Below are positions 31,572 through 41,310 of a DNA stretch of 52,990 nt, piece by piece. Made by a program: the position numbers and the translations under genes. Where the stretch lies: the IMG/VR virus record IMGVR_UViG_3300045988_126024; one strand, given 5' to 3'. Source of the stretch: a virus. Position 1 is the first letter of the stretch. Each line of letters opens with the position of its first letter. A model generated the notes under the pieces. That model was not told the DNA's origin and did no database searches. It worked only from the letters and a program-made list of their open reading frames with translations.

Positions 31572-31832
31572 TCAAATCGTTTCTTTCGGATTTTCAACGC
31601 TGTAAATCTGCTCGGGGTCAATCGTTGTTTCGTCCACAACAATAAAGTTTTTATCAAAATCGAATGTGTGCGAAAAAACGCCATAACGATAATAGCAAAT
31701 TTCATCAGCAGGTGTGCCAGCAGGATAAGAATTGAGTAGATAATATACCCAGCCACTATCCATAGTAACCTCTACACCGTCACCAAAAATCCAATTAACG
31801 GTTGCGTGTTCGATTTTTGGCAATGTTGCCAT
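31572..31832 (-). CDS. Hypothetical tail-module protein
   Basis: Complete 86-aa ORF with a GGAGG SD. Confidence 0.45.
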   Translation of the reverse strand: MATLPKIEHATVNWIFGDGVEVTMDSGWVYYLLNSYPAGTPADEICYYRYGVFSHTFDFDKNFIVVDETTIDPEQIYSVENPKETI

Positions 31833-31849
31833 AACACAAACCTCCTTAA

Positions 31850-32512
31850 TTATTGATAATTCCAGTTTTTGTCTTTCAACTTTTGCAAATATTCATCACT
31901 GATTTTTGCAAGATTTGTTGTTCCAACGCTGAATACAGGCGCTTCTTGTCCCGTCATATCTGCAAGATTATCAATAAGATTATGCAATGTTTCTTGCGAA
32001 TACTTTAGAGAGTCTTGAAGATATAGACTTGCACTTGTACCTTTTCCGATTTCAAGGAATTCAATATGCGATTTCGTACCTTTTGCCGTTATGCAAAAAG
32101 ATGTACGTTCCGTACTTGTCAATTTTCCAACTTTGAGTTTACTTAACTTTCTGCAATTTTGGAAAACATAAACACCCATTGTTGTAGCACTCGGTGTATT
32201 GACTTCTTCCAACTTAGAAGCGTTAGAAAATAGTTTATCGCCAAGTGCAGACAATTTAGGTAAATCAACATACATCAGTTCATCAGTTGCATAGTCGGAC
32301 AAGTCGCTTGCAATCAAATCCGTAACATTCTTACCTGACAACTTGCTCATAAGCGGTAATACCCCAAAATACCACGCTTCGTTAGGTACAGTTATGCTGT
32401 CGGGAATTGTAAAGTCAATAGGCTCAAAATTCCACAACTTTTGCCAGTATTTTTTGTACATAGCCTGCTCAATCAACTTTTGGACTTTGACCTTTAAGGT
32501 CGCTAAACTCAT
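31850..32512 (-). CDS. Leucine-rich-repeat (BspA/LRR_5-type) protein
   Basis: Contains LPKLSALGDKLFSNASKLEEVNTPSATTMGVYVFQNCRKLSKLKVG, matching the F-x-x-C-x-x-L LRR_5 pattern. Confidence 0.5.
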   Translation of the reverse strand: MSLATLKVKVQKLIEQAMYKKYWQKLWNFEPIDFTIPDSITVPNEAWYFGVLPLMSKLSGKNVTDLIASDLSDYATDELMYVDLPKLSALGDKLFSNASKLEEVNTPSATTMGVYVFQNCRKLSKLKVGKLTSTERTSFCITAKGTKSHIEFLEIGKGTSASLYLQDSLKYSQETLHNLIDNLADMTGQEAPVFSVGTTNLAKISDEYLQKLKDKNWNYQ

Positions 32513-32526
32513 TTATTATCAACCCC

Positions 32527-33411
32527 CTAACTCTTATATCCCATAAGCAATTTAACGCCTACTTTTAGTGTTTTCGGGTCGCCTTTTTTGCTAAATGCTT
32601 TCGGATTGTTTTTTACAACCCAACTCACCGACTTACCCAGCGACTTATAGTTTTTGTTGACAAGGTTATAAACGGTGTCGCCTTTTTTCGTTTTGTGATA
32701 AACGGCTTTGCTACTTCCGTTTTTAGTCTGTTGAGTGCCGCCGTTCGATTTTGATTTTGTAGTGCTCTTAACGGGCAATCCCTCAATGTTTGACTTGTCA
32801 ACCCAACCATAAACCTTTTTTCCGTCCGTGCTTATTAGGTGGTACTTATGTTTAGCCCAACTTTTGTTGTTTATGATTGTAATTTTGCAGGTGGAACGCC
32901 CACGCTTCGCAGCCGCTTTTTTTGCGTCCGACGAAACATAGACTTTTCCACCCTTGAAAACTACCTTTGCGCCAACTTTCAAATTAGGCTTTGACTTCTT
33001 TGCCTTTGCCTGTTTGTTCGTTGTGCTTTTGTTTGTCTTTTTCTTCTTGGCTTTATAGGAAGATTTCGCAATGCGTACTTCCTTTAACTCCATAGAATAG
33101 TCAATGCCGCCCCAATTATCCTTTGTATAGTCACAATCAAAAGACTGGATTTGTAAGTTTTTCAGGGTGTTTCGTCCTTTATAAGTTATCAATGAGCCGT
33201 TGTTCTGCAACTTGACAATCTTTGATTTTATTTCAGACGCTTTGTATTTACCGTTGTTTACAATCTTTCCGCTAATGCTTAGCGTTATAGCCTGCTTTTG
33301 AATGTTACTTGTAATCGGTAAGCCAGTTTCGGTAGGGTGGTCTGTGCTTTCAATCGAACGCTTTACGCTTTCGCTTTCAACAAAAATCGCTATTCCGTTT
33401 ATCGTAGCCAT
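32527..33411 (-). CDS. Tail protein with SH3-like and C-terminal LysM domains (XkdP position)
   Basis: Lies directly after the tape measure. LysM segment: YHKTKKGDTVYNLVNKNYKSLGKSVSWVVKNN...LKVGVKLL. Confidence 0.55.
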   Translation of the reverse strand: MATINGIAIFVESESVKRSIESTDHPTETGLPITSNIQKQAITLSISGKIVNNGKYKASEIKSKIVKLQNNGSLITYKGRNTLKNLQIQSFDCDYTKDNWGGIDYSMELKEVRIAKSSYKAKKKKTNKSTTNKQAKAKKSKPNLKVGAKVVFKGGKVYVSSDAKKAAAKRGRSTCKITIINNKSWAKHKYHLISTDGKKVYGWVDKSNIEGLPVKSTTKSKSNGGTQQTKNGSSKAVYHKTKKGDTVYNLVNKNYKSLGKSVSWVVKNNPKAFSKKGDPKTLKVGVKLLMGYKS

Positions 33412-33414
33412 TTA

Positions 33415-36400
33415 TCAGACCTCCCTAACCTTTGGATTTTTGGTAGCCATGCCCTCAAATACTTCGTCCATTGCTTCCTTAACCCATTTCTTGACTTTTC
33501 TTGCTGTCGCCCTATCGTCGCTTGTACCGCTCACGGTCAAGTTGAATACAGGCGCATAAGTGTTGTTTTCCGTTCTGCTTGTGCTTTGCGGTGCAACATT
33601 GCTTTCAGGACTATAAACAGGTGTGCGAACACCGAGCATATCGCCCGTTTGCTGCCATAGGTTTACCCCTCTTTTTCTCTTGTTTTGAGATAGCGGGATA
33701 ACCATTTCAGGCTTGTTTTGTTCGCCAATCCAGCCAGCCTTTGTAACAAGACCGCCGTTAGAATATCCGTGACCTTGATATGCTCTACCTAATGAGCCGT
33801 ACCGTGATACAGCATATCTAATTGAAGCAAGAATATTGCTCAACGGGTCATAGATATTTTTGTTAAATCCTGCTCTTGCATAAGCCCTGAATGTTGGGTC
33901 AATCACTTGCATTAAGCCTTTGGACGGCGTTCCCTTTTTGGCGTTGCTGTCCCAGTTGTTTATTGCTCTCGGATTGCCACCGCTCTCGGTTTGCATTTGA
34001 TAAAGTGTTCTCTTGACATTTGCAGCACTATATTGTCCCTCCATTTTCAAGGCACGAATAACCGTTGTGCGCCACTGCGCAACACCTTTTGAAGCGTCAT
34101 AGTTTGCAAGGCTCAAAGCGCCCATTTCATCAAATTTTTTCTTAAACCAAGAAGCCATTTTTCCAGTAATGGTATTTACAACACCATTTCTAACACTTGC
34201 GTTAAAATCGCTGCCGCTTGAAGTTGCGGACTTTCTGATATACTCCGTCAGTCCTTTAGGATTATCAATGTAATTCCATACATCAAAATCCCCCGTGCCG
34301 TCAGCGTATCTATAAGTAGGCGACTTTCTGCCCATAAGTTGCGCCGTACCGTTAGCGGGCAACACTTTCATGCCTTTAGGTGCATTCGGAATAAGTACAT
34401 TTCTGCCCTTTGGAATAAATGATTGTCCGTTAGGCATTTGCACTAATTCAGCACCGTTGCCGTCGTTTACAAGGGCGTTGCCGCCTTTGTGTCCGTTCGT
34501 GCCGTTGGCATATCCCTTTACAGACGCTAATTTACTCTTTGAGCCGATTTGACTAAGTACAAAATTAGCGCTGCTTACAACCTTGTTTGCACCAGCAGAT
34601 GAAGCGGACGCAGCCCTATTCCATATTGCAGTAATAGCATTTGCTAAACTGTTCCCTGTGCTCCTGATAGCGTCGCCCATTTTGTTAGGCAGTTGTTTAG
34701 CCTTGCTTACCATACTGTCAATGTTTTTCGTCACTATTTGCAGTGAGTTTGTTGTAATAGTGCTCGGCTGTTTAAGCGACTGCCACAATCCGTTCAAATT
34801 GCCAAGATTGATTTTGTTGACCTGCGCAATAAAGCCTTGAATATTCTCGCCAAAAGTTTTTAAGTCCGAACCAATAGACGCAAGGTCATTAGTGCCTGAA
34901 AACTTTTGCTTTAGACCGCCTTTTTTCGGCAAGTCTTTGATGTCCTTTAAGGCTTTGAACAGAGCGGGAATTTTGCTCATATCATCAATTTTAGAAATTG
35001 ATGTGTAGAAAGAAGCAACCGCCTTGCCAAAAGACGGTAACTGTTTAGCAATACCCGATATGTTTGTTTCGCCAGTAAACCACTGCTTAATTCCGCCTGT
35101 TTTCGGCAGACCGCCAATGCCTGAAAGCGATTTGAACAAAGATTTAGCGTTTGCAAATCCTGCCTGCGGTATTTTGGCTACATTAGTAAAGAAGCCGATA
35201 ACGCCCTTACCCGACAATTTAGACAATCCGCTTGCCAATGAAGAAAAGTCTGTTTCACCGCCAAACCATTGTACAAGACCGCCAGTTTTAGGCACATTGC
35301 TTATACCTGAAAGACAAGAAAACAGCAGTTTTGCATTTGTAAATCCTGCCGCTGGCAATTTAGCAACCATTACAAAGAAGCCTGACGCTTTTGCTGCAAA
35401 GGTCGTTAATTGTTTGCCAATGCTTCCTAAATCCGTTTTGCCGCCAATCTTGCTTAAAAGGTTGTTCCCTGTCATTTTTAGCATAAAGTTTGCAAAACTG
35501 TTCAAGAAACTACCAACGCCCGACATATCAACGCCTTGCAGCATTGTAAACATAGGCTTTATTGATTTGGCAAAGGTGGCAATATTCTTGCCTATCGCTG
35601 GCAATGAATTTGAAATGCCCTCACCAAGTCCGCCAACCAACGAACCGCCAATTTGTCCGATTACTCTAAACAAATTAGCAAGGGTTTTGCCGCCGCTTGT
35701 CATAAACTCGTCAAAGCCCTCTATCTTAGACAATGCGCCAAAGGCTGCAATAAGAGCGGTCATACCGCCAATCACCAATGCTATGTTAGCCAATCCAGCC
35801 AGTACAACGGGAATAGGTATTACACCAATAATTCCAGCAAATACAGCCATTACAGAGCCAACACCGCCCAATGCGCCCATTATAGCGGTAATTTTCAGTA
35901 TTTGTGCCGTGTCAAAATTGATAAGAGATACTGCGCCTATCAACAAGTAAAGGGCGGACAATCCACCAATGACTAAGCCAATGTTAGCCAAGCCTTTTAG
36001 CACAATCGGAATAGGTATCAATCCTACTAAACCTGCAAATCCAGCTAAAACAGCACCGAGCGTGCCCAAAGCGCCAATAATAGCGGCTACTTTCAGAACC
36101 TGCGCAAGATTGAAATTGACGAGCGATACAGCACCAATAAGCAAATATAATGCCGACATACCAGCAATGACTAATGCAATGTTTGCAAGTCCTTTAAGGA
36201 CTGTTTTAATCGGTATCTTGCCGACTGAACCAGTCCATTTGGCAAGTTCAGAGCCGACTAAGCCTAACGCACCAATTACTGCAATCAGCTTTACTATTGC
36301 ACCCGTGCTTGAAAGTTTCGCAATCTGCGGCGCAACTAACATCAACAATGCTGCCATTCCAGTAAATCCAGCAATGATAATGCCGAGATTTGCCATACCT

Positions 36401-38070
36401 TTTAGTATGGTGGAGGTCTTTGTCTTTGCAAGTTGCTTGAATGTATCTGTCAGTCCACTAAGCAACGACTTATTGCCGCCTTTTGAGCCGCCAAAAATCC
36501 CCTTAAATGAAGAAAGAGTTTTCAATACCTTAACCACGGCTACCAATCCAAGCAAATATGGAATGCTTTTTTTGATTTTCTCGCCGTTTTTGGTAAAGAA
36601 GTCTGCTAACTTATCAAATACAGGAAGTTTGAAACCGAACGCTTCCGTTATCGCAGCACCTAACTGTTTGGCAATGTTCGGCAATTCCTTAACAATAACC
36701 TTAATTATGTTAGGCAACGCCACAATAAGACCCTTGACTAATGAAGTTGCCGCTTTCAGCAAAGGCGGTAACAATTCATCTACAAGTTTAGGGAATTCCT
36801 TTTCAATGATAGGTGATACTTTTTCAATCAGTTTACCGATACCCGACAATGCTTTTATGATTGCAGGCTTGATATTTTTTGCAAATATAGCCGCACTATC
36901 CACAAGGTTATCAACACATTGATTGAAACTGTCACCGCCTTGTATCAAAGCGGGCATAAGGTTACCACAAGCCGCTTTCAAAGAGTTGAGCGAACCTGAA
37001 ATAGTATGTTCCGCTTCTTTTTGCGTTGTACCATAAATGCCCGTTTCTTTTTGTACGGCGTGAATTGCCTTTACGATATTGCCGTAGGACAAACTGTTTG
37101 CTTTAACGCTCTTATCAAGTTTTGCAGCGTCTTTTACAAGGCGTTGCATTTCGGACTTTGTACCGCCATAGCCCAACTTTAAGTTGTCCAGCATGGTGTA
37201 GTTCTGCTTTGCAAAACCTTGATACGCCCACTGAATACTGCCCATATCAGTACCCATTTTGTTAGCGTTATCGGACATATCGGAAACGGCTGTATTAGCG
37301 AGTTTTGCCGCTTTCATAGTGTCGTTGCCAGTGCTTTGAAGCAAACTTGCAGAGAAACTTGTTACGGTTTCCATATAATCGTTGGCTGACAATCCCGCCG
37401 TTTTATATGCGTCGTTCGCATTTTTAACAACAAGATTTTGGCTTTCAGTCAACTTCTTGTATTCGCCTTTTACTTTGCCAACGGATTTCCCTGTTAGTTT
37501 TGCGTATTCCTTTACGCTTTTTGCACCTTTTGCACCTAACAGTGTTTCAACGCCGCCTATTTGCTGCTCATAATTTGCATAAGCAGAAACAGACTTAGCA
37601 ACAAGTCCGCCTATTGCCGTTGCTGCTGCACCCATACCGCCTACAATGGCTTTGAATGATATTCCAGCAACCTTTTTAAGTCCTCTGTATGCAGCGCCGC
37701 TTGCTTTTTTCGCTATCGCTGATAAATTGTTTTTGACTTTATTCAATCCGCTGTTAAGTTTTGATGTATCTGTGTTTTTGAAACGGTCAAGAAACTTTTT
37801 TGTCTTTTTTGTGCTGTCGCCTAATTCGTCCATATCGTCGGCGGTTTTGTTGACTTCTTTTTTCAACTTATCTACGCCGTCGGACTTTCCAAGACCTGAT
37901 ACAGACTTCTTTGCGTCGTCTGCACTCTTTTTCAGTTTACCTAAGCCGTCGTCAACATCATTGCTAACGGATTTTTTCAACTTATCCATTCCGTCATTGA
38001 TTTTATTGAGCGTGCCTAAGTCGGACTTAAAGCCAATTTCAATAATATCTTGACGGATAACATTTGCCAT
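33415..38070 (-). CDS. Tape measure protein with lytic-transglycosylase (SLT) domain
   Basis: 1551 aa. ATG 38070 follows AAGGAGG. Has a long TM/Gly-rich repeat core and the SLT motifs YQMQTESGGNPRAIN...GLMQVIDPTF. Confidence 0.9.
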   Translation of the reverse strand: MANVIRQDIIEIGFKSDLGTLNKINDGMDKLKKSVSNDVDDGLGKLKKSADDAKKSVSGLGKSDGVDKLKKEVNKTADDMDELGDSTKKTKKFLDRFKNTDTSKLNSGLNKVKNNLSAIAKKASGAAYRGLKKVAGISFKAIVGGMGAAATAIGGLVAKSVSAYANYEQQIGGVETLLGAKGAKSVKEYAKLTGKSVGKVKGEYKKLTESQNLVVKNANDAYKTAGLSANDYMETVTSFSASLLQSTGNDTMKAAKLANTAVSDMSDNANKMGTDMGSIQWAYQGFAKQNYTMLDNLKLGYGGTKSEMQRLVKDAAKLDKSVKANSLSYGNIVKAIHAVQKETGIYGTTQKEAEHTISGSLNSLKAACGNLMPALIQGGDSFNQCVDNLVDSAAIFAKNIKPAIIKALSGIGKLIEKVSPIIEKEFPKLVDELLPPLLKAATSLVKGLIVALPNIIKVIVKELPNIAKQLGAAITEAFGFKLPVFDKLADFFTKNGEKIKKSIPYLLGLVAVVKVLKTLSSFKGIFGGSKGGNKSLLSGLTDTFKQLAKTKTSTILKGMANLGIIIAGFTGMAALLMLVAPQIAKLSSTGAIVKLIAVIGALGLVGSELAKWTGSVGKIPIKTVLKGLANIALVIAGMSALYLLIGAVSLVNFNLAQVLKVAAIIGALGTLGAVLAGFAGLVGLIPIPIVLKGLANIGLVIGGLSALYLLIGAVSLINFDTAQILKITAIMGALGGVGSVMAVFAGIIGVIPIPVVLAGLANIALVIGGMTALIAAFGALSKIEGFDEFMTSGGKTLANLFRVIGQIGGSLVGGLGEGISNSLPAIGKNIATFAKSIKPMFTMLQGVDMSGVGSFLNSFANFMLKMTGNNLLSKIGGKTDLGSIGKQLTTFAAKASGFFVMVAKLPAAGFTNAKLLFSCLSGISNVPKTGGLVQWFGGETDFSSLASGLSKLSGKGVIGFFTNVAKIPQAGFANAKSLFKSLSGIGGLPKTGGIKQWFTGETNISGIAKQLPSFGKAVASFYTSISKIDDMSKIPALFKALKDIKDLPKKGGLKQKFSGTNDLASIGSDLKTFGENIQGFIAQVNKINLGNLNGLWQSLKQPSTITTNSLQIVTKNIDSMVSKAKQLPNKMGDAIRSTGNSLANAITAIWNRAASASSAGANKVVSSANFVLSQIGSKSKLASVKGYANGTNGHKGGNALVNDGNGAELVQMPNGQSFIPKGRNVLIPNAPKGMKVLPANGTAQLMGRKSPTYRYADGTGDFDVWNYIDNPKGLTEYIRKSATSSGSDFNASVRNGVVNTITGKMASWFKKKFDEMGALSLANYDASKGVAQWRTTVIRALKMEGQYSAANVKRTLYQMQTESGGNPRAINNWDSNAKKGTPSKGLMQVIDPTFRAYARAGFNKNIYDPLSNILASIRYAVSRYGSLGRAYQGHGYSNGGLVTKAGWIGEQNKPEMVIPLSQNKRKRGVNLWQQTGDMLGVRTPVYSPESNVAPQSTSRTENNTYAPVFNLTVSGTSDDRATARKVKKWVKEAMDEVFEGMATKNPKVREV

Positions 38071-38101
38071 ATATGTACCTCCTTTCTTGCAGGAAGTAAA
38101 A

Positions 38102-38121
38102 AGCACCCTAAAAAGGGTGCT
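38102..38121. terminator. Terminator-like hairpin upstream of the tape measure gene
   Basis: AGCACCC-TAAAAA-GGGTGCT with T-runs on both sides. Similar to the hairpin at 30961. Confidence 0.5.
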
Positions 38122-38565
38122 TTATTTTTTGGTATTAGATTTTTTTATTTGTTCGTTCACTATATCAAGGGCTATATTAGCCTTTAACACTTGCTGCGGT
38201 GTCATTTGATTAAAAACGGTGTTGTAATCAAAGTTAGCAATATCGCAAAATATCAATCGCCAATAGTCCCACTCTTTAAGGACTTCGCTTTTTAGTTTTG
38301 CCTTTGATTTGCTTTCAAAATTGCCAAATAGTACGCTTTTGCCAAACTCCAAGACTTCATAAAAAGTCTGCAAGTCGTCAAAATCATCTGCCGTTACTTT
38401 TGGATTTATGATAATCTCGTCAAAAATAACGGCTGACAATTTAGAATTAGAATAGCGTTTTTTGTCCTCTGACAAGCACTCTCTCAATACACGCTCCGTA
38501 TAGTTTTTCCCTTTCCATACGGCAGTGTATTCAACACCGTTTATGACCTTTTTTATAGTTTCCAT
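38122..38565 (-). CDS. Tail assembly chaperone paralog 2
   Basis: METIKKVINGVEYTAVWKGK... parallels the upstream gene KKINGKNYKAQFSG. Sits before the TMP. Confidence 0.5.
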   Translation of the reverse strand: METIKKVINGVEYTAVWKGKNYTERVLRECLSEDKKRYSNSKLSAVIFDEIIINPKVTADDFDDLQTFYEVLEFGKSVLFGNFESKSKAKLKSEVLKEWDYWRLIFCDIANFDYNTVFNQMTPQQVLKANIALDIVNEQIKKSNTKK

Positions 38566-38575
38566 ATCAAATAAA

Positions 38576-38594
38576 AAGGCTATGAATTAGCCTT
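38576..38594 (-). terminator. Hairpin plus T-run between the two chaperone paralogs
   Basis: Minus-sense AAGGCT-AATTCAT-AGCCTT followed by TTTATTT. Confidence 0.4.
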
Positions 38595-38889
38595 ACTTGA
38601 CCTTTTCGCCGCTCCCTGCGGGCTTCAATTCGCCCTGCATTACCTCACGGGCAAAACTGACAACCGCATTAAATTCGTCCATATTGTCGAAAGAGTCAAC
38701 GGTAAGTCCTTTAGGCTCAACGACAACATTATCAAAAAGATACTGTGCCATTTTTTCAAGGCTCGTATTGTTTGAACCGTCAATATAGCTTTCATCAACT
38801 GCTTTCAGAGCAACAGACAAACCGCTAAACTGCGCCTTGTAATTCTTCCCGTTGATTTTCTTTTCTACCGTATAAAACTTAATAGCCAT
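38593..38889 (-). CDS. Tail assembly chaperone (XkdN-like) paralog 1
   Basis: ATG 38889 follows GGAGGG. Translation MAIKFYTVEKKINGKNYKAQFSGLSVALKAVD... Confidence 0.55.
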   Translation of the reverse strand: MAIKFYTVEKKINGKNYKAQFSGLSVALKAVDESYIDGSNNTSLEKMAQYLFDNVVVEPKGLTVDSFDNMDEFNAVVSFAREVMQGELKPAGSGEKVK

Positions 38890-38928
38890 TTTATAGCCCT
38901 CCAAATAATAGTAATGATAATGTAAAAA

Positions 38929-38950
38929 AGGCGACAATTTTATGCCGCCT
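38929..38950 (-). terminator. Strand-specific terminator after the tube gene
   Basis: Minus-sense AGGCGGC-ATAAAATT-GTCGCCT followed by T6. Contains one G-U pair. Confidence 0.5.
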
Positions 38951-38971
38951 TTTCGTCCTTAGTCTTTCGCT

Positions 38972-39367
38972 TTAGTCCGCCGCTTCGCAAACAAAGTCAA
39001 ATACGCCGAATTCAAACTCCATGTCCTCGGCTTCTGCACCTCTGCTGATTTCGGGTGACTTTTTAAGCAGTGCCTTAGTGCCGCCCATACGCTCACCAAG
39101 CACCTTATTTACAACCCAAAGGGGGAACGGGTCTCTTTTCTGTGCAAGTCCAAGCAAATACCCTTTCTGCGGGCTTGTGGGCTGCACAACAACAGTAACA
39201 GTACCCAGCGGGTCATTCTTAATGCTGATACACACATCACCCTGTGCGCCGACGGAAGTTTCGTAGTTATCCTCGTCCTTTTCGCCAGTCACCATATCTT
39301 CGCCAAGACCAGTGATATAAACGCCGTCTACCATAACCGTACAATCTTTTGCGTCATAAGTAGTCAT
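38972..39367 (-). CDS. Tail tube-like protein (DUF3277-like)
   Basis: 131 aa, directly after the sheath-like gene. Translation MTTYDAKDCTVMVDGVYITGLGEDMV... Confidence 0.5.
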   Translation of the reverse strand: MTTYDAKDCTVMVDGVYITGLGEDMVTGEKDEDNYETSVGAQGDVCISIKNDPLGTVTVVVQPTSPQKGYLLGLAQKRDPFPLWVVNKVLGERMGGTKALLKKSPEISRGAEAEDMEFEFGVFDFVCEAAD

Positions 39368-39380
39368 TTTTTAGTCCTCC

Positions 39381-40403
39381 TTATACATACTTAACAGTGC
39401 CGTTAATCTTCGCATAATGAATAGCACCCGCAAGCACAAATTCAAATTTGCCGTCAACATACTTTCTTGCCTGAACATCTTCTGCGTCTGCGTTCTCACG
39501 CAAGCCAAAGTTTACGCCGTAAGCAGGCGTGCCGTCCTCATTGTCTGCGATAACGCCGTTGTTGTATGCGTCTTTCAGAACATTCACGGTAACACTTTCC
39601 AGCATTGCAATACCGTTGTTGGTGTACGGCACTTTGCGCTGATTGTTGAGCAGCTTTTGTGACTGATATTCGATTTGCTGAATTACATAATCCATGCTGT
39701 CAACAACATCAATAAACTCACCGATAAAGGTTTTACCGTCCGATACAACGGTATCACCAGCCTTTTCAAGAATGGCAAGAATGTTAGGCGTGGTCTTAAT
39801 CACCGTGTTGTAAGTGTCATTGCTCATTACAACGCCGCCGTTTACAATGATATTCTTGTAGGTGTAGCTGCCGACTGCAAGCCCGCATACTGCGCCAAGA
39901 ATGGCAGCAATATTCGTTACTGCGCCGTCCTTGTCGTCTGCGTTGCTGCCGCACACAACAACCAGTCTGTCATTTGCGCTGTCATTATAACTTTCAGGCA
40001 AAAGAGAGATAGGCAGAAACAGCATTTTGTCAGCAGTAGTCTTGATATAGTCAATAGCGTCCTGCGACTTCGTGTTGTCCTCAATCACATCAAGCAGAAC
40101 AAGCTGCCGCCAGCCGTTTTCCTCGGTCGCTTTGATTGCAGTTACAAGGTTTGCGGTAGTCGTACTCGCAGCCACACCCAAGCAAGCGACTTTTTCAGGC
40201 GGATTGTCGCCGCCCTGCAATGCTGAAACAAACTTGTTAAGCGCAGTTTCCGCAGCAAGCGTAGTAGCCACTTTGTCCAGTTCGATTTCAGCGTACTTTT
40301 GATTTGCAGTTGCCGCAGTAGAAAAAACGATAAGGGGATAGCCCAAACCCGCTTTGCCGATTACTTTCTGCAAATCAATAGTTACATTTACATCTTTAAT
40401 CAT
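39381..40403 (-). CDS. Major tail / sheath-like protein (DUF3383-like)
   Basis: 340 aa, positioned between the neck genes and the tube gene. Call rests on size and synteny. Confidence 0.5.
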   Translation of the reverse strand: MIKDVNVTIDLQKVIGKAGLGYPLIVFSTAATANQKYAEIELDKVATTLAAETALNKFVSALQGGDNPPEKVACLGVAASTTTANLVTAIKATEENGWRQLVLLDVIEDNTKSQDAIDYIKTTADKMLFLPISLLPESYNDSANDRLVVVCGSNADDKDGAVTNIAAILGAVCGLAVGSYTYKNIIVNGGVVMSNDTYNTVIKTTPNILAILEKAGDTVVSDGKTFIGEFIDVVDSMDYVIQQIEYQSQKLLNNQRKVPYTNNGIAMLESVTVNVLKDAYNNGVIADNEDGTPAYGVNFGLRENADAEDVQARKYVDGKFEFVLAGAIHYAKINGTVKYV

Positions 40404-40426
40404 TTTTTTACTCCTTTGTTGTTATT

Positions 40427-40912
40427 TCAAGTATTGCCGTTGTAATTTAAGTTCAAATCATCAACAACACCTGATTTGTTAATGTTGTTTTCTGTTTCAT
40501 CAAACAGATAAAAGACAACATCAAAACCGTTCTTGTACTCATACTCAACGGTTAAAACATTGTCCCTGTTAGTTATGTCTGTGACGGATTGAACAACAAC
40601 GCCGTTGCTTCTTAGATACACCCTACCCGAATAGTCCAGCCATTCCCTCGCTTTAAGTGCAAGGTTTACGCTTTCGCTATCCTTGTCAGACTGCGCTGTA
40701 ATGCTCCAAGTCTGCTTTAATAGCTTTCGTGTAGTTCCGTCCTCGTGTTCTTCATAAGTGCCGTTATTCGCACTTGCAAGCGTTGTAATCGTGTAAGAAA
40801 CATACGGATAGGCAGGCGGCTCTTTGTTTTGATTGCTTCTTATTACTTTGCAACCCAAAAAATCGCTTAAACCCTTTGGAATTACATTTTTCATATTTTC
40901 AATGTCAATCAT
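40427..40912 (-). CDS. Neck/tail-terminator protein
   Basis: Call rests on synteny. Has a 4-nt overlap with the upstream gene. Confidence 0.4.
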   Translation of the reverse strand: MIDIENMKNVIPKGLSDFLGCKVIRSNQNKEPPAYPYVSYTITTLASANNGTYEEHEDGTTRKLLKQTWSITAQSDKDSESVNLALKAREWLDYSGRVYLRSNGVVVQSVTDITNRDNVLTVEYEYKNGFDVVFYLFDETENNINKSGVVDDLNLNYNGNT

Positions 40913-41310
40913 AGTGCCACCTCGTTTCCGTCAATGATTTCAGTTCCGCTTGCGGCATTATCGAACGCACTAACCCATTTGAGCGTGTAAGCATAAACGC
41001 CTGTAAACACTGCATTCTCTTTAACTTCCTCAATACGATATACCTGTTCTTCATCAACTACCGTTGCGCCTATTAGCCGTGTGTCTAACGCTTTAAGCAT
41101 AAATAAACGCTTATCACGGGTCGTCAATGTTCCCTCTGCTCTGTATATCTTGCTTTCAGTAAAATTGAGAATTGCACCCGTGAGTTTGACGGATATAGGG
41201 TTTACATCTACATATTCGCCCCTATCGTCATAATAGCCCTCATTTCTGTATGTGGCGGTAAACTCACGGCTGTATTTGTTTATCAGGCGTTCAAAATGAA
41301 AATACGGCAT
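40909..41310 (-). CDS. Head-closure / neck protein
   Basis: Call rests on synteny. Confidence 0.4.
   Translation of the reverse strand: MPYFHFERLINKYSREFTATYRNEGYYDDRGEYVDVNPISVKLTGAILNFTESKIYRAEGTLTTRDKRLFMLKALDTRLIGATVVDEEQVYRIEEVKENAVFTGVYAYTLKWVSAFDNAASGTEIIDGNEVAL

Noticed and set aside
35024-36922. Two plus-strand ORFs of about 310 aa each
   Set aside because: They are antisense to the tape measure gene. They are low-complexity and Pro/Ala-rich, a reflection of the Gly/Ala-rich TMP repeats. Shadow ORFs.
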